Assembly: GCA_963745075.1 (NCBI GenBank)
Contig: CAVUWV010000029.1
Span: forward strand, 1 to 13,240
From: Candidatus Hydrogenedentota bacterium
GTDB taxonomy: Bacteria; Hydrogenedentota; Hydrogenedentia; Hydrogenedentales; SLHB01
Direction: 5' to 3'
DNA: 13,240 nucleotides
Under the pieces are notes generated by a model. The model saw only the letters and a program-made list of their open reading frames with translations, ran no database searches and was not told the origin of the DNA. Position numbers and translations under genes: made by a program. Below are positions 7,586 through 13,240 of this stretch, piece after piece. Within the stretch, counting starts at the first letter, position 1. Each line of letters begins with the position of its first letter.

Positions 7586-8767
7586 TTAGAGGCCCGAACG
7601 CAATACCGCATCGCAGATGGGACCGCGAGACTTGTGTCCTTTCAGGACCAAATGTCCGTAATTGTGACTGCCGCGCAACATTCGCACGATCCAGTTCAGG
7701 GCGTTGTTGGACTCGTTGAGGTAGGGATTGTCGACCTGCCGCGTGTCGCCGAGACATATACACTTCACGTTCTCGCCCATCCGGGTGAGCAGGGCGCGAA
7801 TCTCGTTGCGCGACAGATTCTGGGTCTCGTCGATGATCACGACGGCGTCCTCGATATTCATTCCGCGGATAAAGGCAAGGGGCAGAATCTCGAACTTCGC
7901 GGGGTCGTATTTTGAATGTTCGGCCTTGGGATCGGCGAAGATCTTGTTCGCGGGGCGCAAACCGTGAAGTTTCGCCGTCAGGCCGTGCAGGTAGCTGATA
8001 TAGGGTTCCAGCTTTTCCGCCACGTCGCCGGGCAGAAACCCCATCTTGGCGCCAATCTCGATCATGGGTTTGAGCACGTAGATCTTGTTGAACCGCTTCG
8101 TTTCGAGCGTGAGATAGAGCGCCGCCGCAAGGGCGAGAAATGTCTTCCCAAAGCCGGCTTCGCTTTGCAGCGTGACCAGATCGATTTGTTCGTTGAGCAG
8201 CAGCTCAAACGCGAGGTTCTGATAGACGGTCCGCGGCTTAACCTTCCAGACTTCGTGTTCGTACTCGATGACCCGGGGGCCATCCGAACTATGAAACAAG
8301 GGTTTGCCTTCGTGCCACTTGAAACTGTTCGGGTAGGGTTCTTCGCCGTCCGTGACAAACCCGGTGTATTGCTGGGAATCCGATTCGAAGGGGTGGGAAC
8401 TCTTAAATTCCTGGCTGCGAACGCCGCTGAATTCCGCGATCAATTGGAGAATGCGATCGTTGGTGACCAGGATGGGATCGTTCAATCCGCCGCTCTTGAT
8501 TTCTTTGAGGATCTGGAGGTCGACGTTGGGAACCAGCGGCTCACTGCCGTTCTGGCCGATGATGGTGATTGTCTCGAAGTTCTGCCGGATGGAGTCCACG
8601 GCTTTCGCGACCAAATGCTGCACCCGAGGCTCTTTCTTCAGCTTGTCCAGTTCCAGAAGGACGTGGAATGGTATGCTTACCGAGTTTTCCTCGCCATTGC
8701 GCAATATGCGAATGCAGTTTGGATCCTCGAGCAAAGCGTTGGTGTCGAGAACGTAGCTCTTTTTCAT
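7586..8767 (-). CDS. PhoH-family ATPase with N-terminal PIN domain (PhoH2/YlaK-like)
   Basis: Start MKKSYVLDTN after GGAGG. PIN motifs VLDTN, VLLELD and VTND. Walker A-like SEAGFGKT, MGFLPGD, FIRGMNI, IIDETQN, LGDTRQVD. Confidence 0.93.
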   Translation of the reverse strand: MKKSYVLDTNALLEDPNCIRILRNGEENSVSIPFHVLLELDKLKKEPRVQHLVAKAVDSIRQNFETITIIGQNGSEPLVPNVDLQILKEIKSGGLNDPILVTNDRILQLIAEFSGVRSQEFKSSHPFESDSQQYTGFVTDGEEPYPNSFKWHEGKPLFHSSDGPRVIEYEHEVWKVKPRTVYQNLAFELLLNEQIDLVTLQSEAGFGKTFLALAAALYLTLETKRFNKIYVLKPMIEIGAKMGFLPGDVAEKLEPYISYLHGLTAKLHGLRPANKIFADPKAEHSKYDPAKFEILPLAFIRGMNIEDAVVIIDETQNLSRNEIRALLTRMGENVKCICLGDTRQVDNPYLNESNNALNWIVRMLRGSHNYGHLVLKGHKSRGPICDAVLRSGL

Positions 8768-8897
8768 GGATTCGCCTCCAAAACGCAAGCGCCGGAAGAC
8801 ACGAGGACAGGTTTGCGAAACGTCCCGTAATGACGCGGGCTTCGCCAGGATGATGGGACCGAGGGAAATGGAAACCAAGTGCGGCGTCGCCGCAACC

Positions 8898-8957
8898 AAA
8901 TTCGAAATCCGAAGCACGAAATCCGAAACAAATCCCAATGTTCCAAATCGGAAATGA
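8898..8957. repeat. Degenerate heptamer tandem repeat
   Basis: AAATTCG AAATCCG AAGCACG AAATCCG AAAC AAATCCC AATGTTCC AAATCGG AAATGAC, upstream of the PhoH gene. Confidence 0.7.
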
Positions 8958-9677
8958 CTAAAACGCGGATCGGCCCACCTGGTGGCTTGGAGGTTGGCCG
9001 ACTGCCAGCGGATTCGGACATCCGTGCGGCACGGTTCAACCGGCTCACTTTGCCGAACGGCGAATTCAGCCGCCCGGCGCCCCATCCAACTCCGTATGGT
9101 TCGATGTTGACTATCCTTGGCCCGGTCGCTACCGCAGGGTCCTCGGTACGGAACGTCCGCCCGAAGGCGTAGCGCCTGTTCCAATTCGCGCAGCGAAGGG
9201 CCAACGATTCAGCGCACCCCTTCGCCCCTTCTACAGACAGCATAGCATACAATATGTAGGATTGCCACACTTTGTACTACCATATATTGATTTCCTCGAA
9301 AAGCAAGAAAGACTGGTCTGCGCAGTGACACCCCCCTCTGCTTTTGACGAAACAAGGGGAGAGATTCCGAGTTGGAGGAATTGACGGTCCCCGGCAAGGG
9401 GGGTGTCCGATTGCAGGTTGTGGTCCCCGGGTTCGGGAGGATGACGTGGCGATTGCGGATTTCGGATTTTTTGGGTTGGCATGGATGGAGTTGTCCTTAT
9501 CATTATAGGCCGGAGTGTTGCAGTGGAATCCGGCTGGAGGCTGGACTTTCGGCCTTCAAGAAGATGAACCGCGAACCCGCGAAGTTCGCGAAGTAAGAAC
9601 CAAGAACCGTACGCGTAGAGAACTTTTTGGCTCGTGCCGTCCCAGCACCCTTGGACCAAAGCGCCGCGACATGATAG

Positions 9678-9710
9678 CCCGGGGCAAACTACGCCGTGGC
9701 GTAGCCCGGG
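9678..9710. repeat. REP-like palindrome
   Basis: CCCGGG...CTACGCC-GT-GGCGTAG-CCCGGG hairpin in non-coding DNA. Confidence 0.5.
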
Positions 9711-9838
9711 TAAAAGTGCACCCGAACCAAAGCGCTGAAGGTGCGCAACAATCTAATAACGGCCCCTCCCAAACTCCAAAATCGCAAAACCACTACCTGT
9801 CCTATTGCGCATTTTAGCCCGGTGCGCTACTCTTATAG

Positions 9839-10060
9839 GGGTTCGCCCAGGCCAGCACGACCAAGGACTGGTCCGAGCGGCTTCACGTGGAGGATGGCTA
9901 CGATGCCGTTGACCGCATTCGCTATCAGACCAACATCACGCCACCGGTGTGGCTTGTGGGATAACTGGGACATTCCCTTGACCGCCTCCTCCGCCCCGCC
10001 AGGCGCGGCCGCAAGCCCAAGCGAACCGGTGGAAACGGCGAGGAAGAGTTTAATTCGTAG
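9839..10060 (+). pseudogene. Decayed RAYT C-terminal remnant
   Basis: Frame 2 reads KDWSERLHVEDGYDAVDRIRYQTN...*LGHSLDRLLRPARRGRKPKRTGGNGEEEFNS*. This aligns with EDWAQWLRVEEDPDAVDRIRRQTS...LLGRLLRPAKRGRKRKRTEKDGGEVGNS* of 3355-3900. Internal TAA at 9962. Confidence 0.85.
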
Positions 10061-10091
10061 TCTGTCCCTGAATTTCTCTCTGAATTTCTCT
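10050..10091 (+). repeat. RAYT-associated terminal motif (type A) with 12-bp tandem duplication
   Basis: TTAATTCGTAGTCTGTCCCTGAATTTCTCTCTGAATTTCTCT. CTGAATTTCTCT occurs twice (10068-10079, 10080-10091). Contains the RAYT stop codon. Confidence 0.9.
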
Positions 10092-10492
10092 GCTTCATCC
10101 GAAATGGAGACCAATCGTGGTCGTATTCGCCCGCTGGAGTGACCGAAGAAGGAAATCAGAAACATGTTCAATGTCAGGAAATAAACTGTCCGGAAGACTT
10201 TGATGAGGACGGCTTCAGTAGACAACTTAATGATACACTGAATGACTCACAGGCATGCAAAGGGGAGTGGAAGAAAGGCAAACGCGGGGATGGCGGCTCA
10301 TACCATCTTACGGAGCACAATTGCTGTCATTTTGTGGACGAAATGCTACATTCGCAGGGCTGTAACGGCGTGAAGTACTATTGGCCATATAAGAACCTGC
10401 CTCATGAGTTCGTTCCGAACGACGATCTCCCAATGCCGAACGGCAGTGGAACTGGGCCGGAGACTCCTTGCGACAAAGCGAAGGGAGATTGA
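10091..10492 (+). pseudogene. 5'-truncated permuted papain-fold (PPPDE/DeSI-like) domain, likely a polymorphic-toxin C-terminus
   Basis: The frame starts at the motif junction with CFIRNGDQSWSYSPAGV and contains YHLTEHNCCHFVDEML (Y-x-L-x3-N-C-x-H-F catalytic Cys motif). Cys-rich and followed closely by a small membrane gene. Confidence 0.65.
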
Positions 10493-10500
10493 GGCGGGGT

Positions 10501-10965
10501 ATGGTGAGTACGACCTTTGTCGCCGTGATAGCTGGCGTAGCTTTCGGTCTAATTCTCGTTCTAGGTAGTCTTCTTTTAGCTTGGCGATCAAAGGCTCGCA
10601 GACTCACTGGTGTTATCGCGCTACTGGTCGCTCTTTCCATCGTTGGAGTTGTGGGCAACGACCTTCGAAATGCTTGGCTGCGAGTATCGTCAGGCGAACT
10701 CTTACTTTCAGAAATCCCAGTAGGAACTCAAAGGACCCATTTGGAGGAGTACCTAAAGGAGAACATGACACGTTTGCACATCCGAGAATGGAAGAAGCCG
10801 AGCGCTGAGGACTGGCAAGATGGCAGGAATCCTATGCCCACGTACTTTGTACTGTTCGATGTGGGGTTTTCGTATTGGGCAACGTTTGTAGAGAACAAAG
10901 GCTCTATTTGCATAATGATGGACAAACAATCACAAGTTGTCAGCGGAATTGGATGGGTCTTGTGA
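10501..10965 (+). CDS. Small membrane protein (2 TM helices plus soluble domain); candidate immunity protein
   Basis: ATG 8 nt after the upstream stop (alternative TTG at 10489 overlaps the stop). Two hydrophobic helices. AT-richer than the core. Confidence 0.65.
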   Translation: MVSTTFVAVIAGVAFGLILVLGSLLLAWRSKARRLTGVIALLVALSIVGVVGNDLRNAWLRVSSGELLLSEIPVGTQRTHLEEYLKENMTRLHIREWKKPSAEDWQDGRNPMPTYFVLFDVGFSYWATFVENKGSICIMMDKQSQVVSGIGWVL

Positions 10966-11052
10966 TGAGTTTCGATGCGTTGAGGGTACGACTCTGACGC
11001 GACTCCTGATTCGCTGGGCGGAGGCCGGGCCGGATCAAAATAATTAAATAAT

Positions 11053-11462
11053 TGGGGACAGTAACCATTTATTGCGGCTGGACCTGGGCGGGTGGTTCGA
11101 GGCGACGCCCGCCTCGAACTGGAAGGGCACGCTCACAGCCCTCGCCGATTCCGGCCCCAAGGTGGACCTCCTTCGCCTGCACACGCGTACGGGCCGTCCC
11201 CTCGGCGGCGATTCGCTTCTCAGCAAGGTGGAAACCTACCTCGGCCGCCGTGTCCGCGCCATCCCGTGCGGGCGCCCCCACGGCAGCAAAGACACGTTCC
11301 CGCGCAAGCGACGGTAAACGAAACCGTGCGCGAAACCGATTGCGCATTTCGGGCGCCAGTAGTAGTATTGCAAAAGGATCACGGATGCACGGGCCCATCG
11401 GAATTCACGCACCCGGCATCGAGCGTCAAGGAGGGGACTGCAATAAATGGTTACTGTCCCCA
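11053..11462 (+). mobile_element. Non-autonomous RAYT derivative with 23-bp perfect inverted repeats (type B motif)
   Basis: TGGGGACAGTAACCATTTATTGC (11053-11075) and GCAATAAATGGTTACTGTCCCCA (11440-11462). Tandem duplications at the outer ends: AAATAATT x2 (11038-11053) and TCCCCATTTAT x2 (11457-11478). Confidence 0.8.
11072..11317 (+). pseudogene. C-terminal fragment of a second RAYT subfamily
   Basis: LDLGGWFEA...VDLLRLHTRTGRPLGGDSLLSKVETYLGRRVRAIPCGRP matches the RAYT C-terminal pattern (compare RQTSTGRPCGGSQFVVQLENLLGRLLRPAKRGR). It begins at the IR. Confidence 0.8.
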
Positions 11463-11481
11463 TTTATTCCCCATTTATTCC

Positions 11482-11886
11482 GTTGTCTCTCGGTATCACG
11501 CCTGATGGCGTGCGACCTGGCGACGCAGGCGACTTCGCTCCGCGGTAGTCGCCAGGGAAAGTATCCATCCGCTCCAGTTGGGCGATGGCTTCGTCGATAC
11601 GGCCCTGCTCTTTCAGACAGGTAAAGGCCAACCAGTTGGCCTCAGGTTCCAGGGGGTCTTTCTTCAGCAGCCGTTCAAAGAGGGGTAATGCCTCGCGGTA
11701 ACGTCCTGTCTGGACGTAGACCTTGCCCAGATTTCGCAGCGACGTGACGTAGTCGCGGTCAGTCTCCAGGGCTTGCGAGTAATACCGCTCCGCCGCCGCC
11801 AACTGGCCATATTCCGCGCAAACGCTGCCGAGGTTGTTCAACGTCTCCTTCCCGCCTTCTCCGATGCGGAGGGCCGGGTTGTTGGG
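11482..11886 (-). pseudogene. Internal fragment of a TPR-repeat gene bracketed by CTGTCCC motifs
   Basis: TLNNLGSVCAEYGQLAAAERYYSQALETD / LRNLGKVYVQTGRYREALPLFERLLKKDP / CLKEQGRIDEAIAQLE. The frame is open back into the hairpin at 11891, and its stop (11464) lies inside the type B motif. Confidence 0.75.
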
Positions 11887-11890
11887 GAGA

Positions 11891-11944
11891 GGGACAGACC
11901 CCGTGTTTTGCTCCGAAGACTCCGCAAAAGACGGGGTCAGTCCC
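11891..11944. repeat. 54-bp REPIN-like hairpin, copy 2
   Basis: GGGACAGACCCCGTGTTTTGCTCCGAAGACTCCGCAAAAGACGGGGTCAGTCCC, 3 differences from 3638-3691. Confidence 0.9.
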
Positions 11945-12011
11945 GATTACGGGGCCGCTGCTGTGGACGGCGTGGTATAGTACGCGGATCAAGCACCCCA
12001 TCGAGGAGATT

Positions 12012-12818
12012 ATGCATCCGGTTCTGTTTGAATTCGCGGGGATCACCATCGGCTCGTATTCGGTGCTATTGGCGATTGCGATTGTCGTGAGCGTTTCGCT
12101 GGCGGTGCGCGAGGCGGAACGCCGCCATCTGCCCATCACGTATCCGATGGCAGTGTTGGTACTTTTGGGTGCGTTATTCGGGGCGAGGGTCTTCTGGATT
12201 CTTCAGTTCAGCGAGCCGAGTCAGCTCTGGCGCGCGGTAATCCTGTGGTCGCCGGGCCTTGTCTTCTACGGCGGTTTGGTGGGCGGAAACCTGGTGCTAT
12301 TGGTCGCGCTTCGATACCGGGGAGCGCCACTCTGGCCGTCACTGGATGTCGTGGCGCCGCACGCGGCGCTGGGGGAGGGAATCGCGCGGATCGGGTGTTT
12401 CCTTGCGGGTTGCTGCTGGGGCCGGGTTTGCACGGTGCCGTGGGGGGTGCGGTTTCCGGCGGGAAGTTTCGCCTACGTGGACCAACTGGATGCGGGTCTA
12501 CTCGATAACACCGGAGCCACCTCGCTGCCGGTCCATCCGACTCAACTGTATATGGCGTTTGGCCTTGCCGCGGTTTACGCGATGCTGCTGTTTCTCCTCT
12601 ACCGAAAACATCGGGCAGGGACGGTGGTGACGGCGTATATCGCGCTGTACGGTCTGCTGCGCTTCACGGTCGAGGCATTCCGTGGAGACAGCGCGCGACC
12701 ATTTCTGGGCATGACCGTCTCGCAGGTAATCAGCGGGGTATGCTTTTTTGCAGGGCTTGTCGTTTTGCTCCGTCTCCTGATTCGGCACGGGACCATCGTG
12801 ACTTCCAAAACGCCATAG
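12012..12818 (+). CDS. lgt: Prolipoprotein diacylglyceryl transferase
   Basis: MHPVLF start with GAGGAG RBS. GARVFW, GLVFYGG, RIGCFLAGCCWG, HPTQLY and RFTVEAFRGD motifs, with multiple TM helices. Confidence 0.95.
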   Translation: MHPVLFEFAGITIGSYSVLLAIAIVVSVSLAVREAERRHLPITYPMAVLVLLGALFGARVFWILQFSEPSQLWRAVILWSPGLVFYGGLVGGNLVLLVALRYRGAPLWPSLDVVAPHAALGEGIARIGCFLAGCCWGRVCTVPWGVRFPAGSFAYVDQLDAGLLDNTGATSLPVHPTQLYMAFGLAAVYAMLLFLLYRKHRAGTVVTAYIALYGLLRFTVEAFRGDSARPFLGMTVSQVISGVCFFAGLVVLLRLLIRHGTIVTSKTP

Positions 12819-12948
12819 ATCTACGCGGTCGGCGATCGCGTGACTACGGTTTGGACGATCGATCGCGTTCTTGCATGGCCGTGCTGGGCCGCGTATTCTG
12901 CTGGCGGTCAACCTTCCGATACCTGCAAGAATAGGACTTGGAGCACCG

Positions 12949-13240
12949 ATGACGACACTGGTTTCGTGGAATGTGAATGGGATTCGCGCGGCGGGCCGCA
13001 ATGGTTTTCTGGACTGGCTGGACCGGGAACAGCCGGACGTGCTGTGCGTGCAGGAAATCAAGGCGAATGCGGAGGATGTACCGCCGGAATTGCGTGACCC
13101 GAAGGGGTATGGAAGTGTATGGCAATCGGCGAAGAAGAAGGGCTACAGCGGGGTCGCCACGTACTTTCGGACGGACCGGGAACGCTTTCGGTTAAGCCGA
13201 TGGGCATTGCGGAGTTCGACGACGAGGGCCGCGTGCAATT
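12949..13240 (+). CDS. xth: Exodeoxyribonuclease III / AP endonuclease, partial, with an apparent frameshift near 13183
   Basis: MTTLVSWNVNGIRAA...QPDVLCVQEIKA...KKGYSGVATY. The expected continuation LSVKPMGIAEFDDEGRVQ is in a different frame. Confidence 0.9.
   Translation, partial: MTTLVSWNVNGIRAAGRNGFLDWLDREQPDVLCVQEIKANAEDVPPELRDPKGYGSVWQSAKKKGYSGVATYFRTDRERFRLSRWALRSSTTRAACN

Noticed and set aside
5477..8830. Long plus-strand ORFs 5477-6349 and 7916-8830
   Set aside because: Antisense to well-supported genes (cohesin-like protein, PhoH).
8898..8957. Diversity-generating retroelement or four-helix-bundle locus suggested by the heptamer repeats
   Set aside because: No reverse transcriptase, Avd-like ORF or TR/VR pair with adenine-specific differences in the window.
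8768..9184. 139-aa N-terminal extension of the PhoH ORF
   Set aside because: It translates through the heptamer repeat. The PIN domain starts at ATG 8767, which has a clear GGAGG RBS.
410..11944. CRISPR array or integron attC array
   Set aside because: Repeats are kilobases apart and in both orientations, with no cas or intI gene in the window and no RYYYAAC...GTTRRRY boxes at the motifs.

Overview
GC-rich bacterial window. A housekeeping core (Zn-dependent MDR dehydrogenase, cohesin-like surface protein, membrane protein, PIN-PhoH ATPase, lgt, frameshifted xth) is interleaved with two accessory zones, 1-3950 and 9800-11950. These zones are built from one apparently intact (running off the window) and three broken REP-associated HUH/Y1 tyrosine transposase (RAYT, TnpA-REP-like) genes. 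Their ends carry a short CTGTCCC motif, usually followed by an exact 8-12 bp tandem duplication. Inward-facing pairs of these motifs bracket three cargo segments whose first ORFs are cut at the motif: a Cys-rich tip plus a TPR/DUF4826-like gene, a 5'-truncated permuted-papain toxin-like domain plus a small membrane protein, and a TPR gene fragment. This suggests a RAYT-driven gene-fragment cassette system (inference). One motif is split by a complete IS1111-type IS110 element (1761-3352). Its 3' non-coding end contains segments matching both strands of the target motif and both sides of its own circle junction, which fits a bridge/seek RNA programmed against the RAYT motif. All calls were made by eye, with no database searches.
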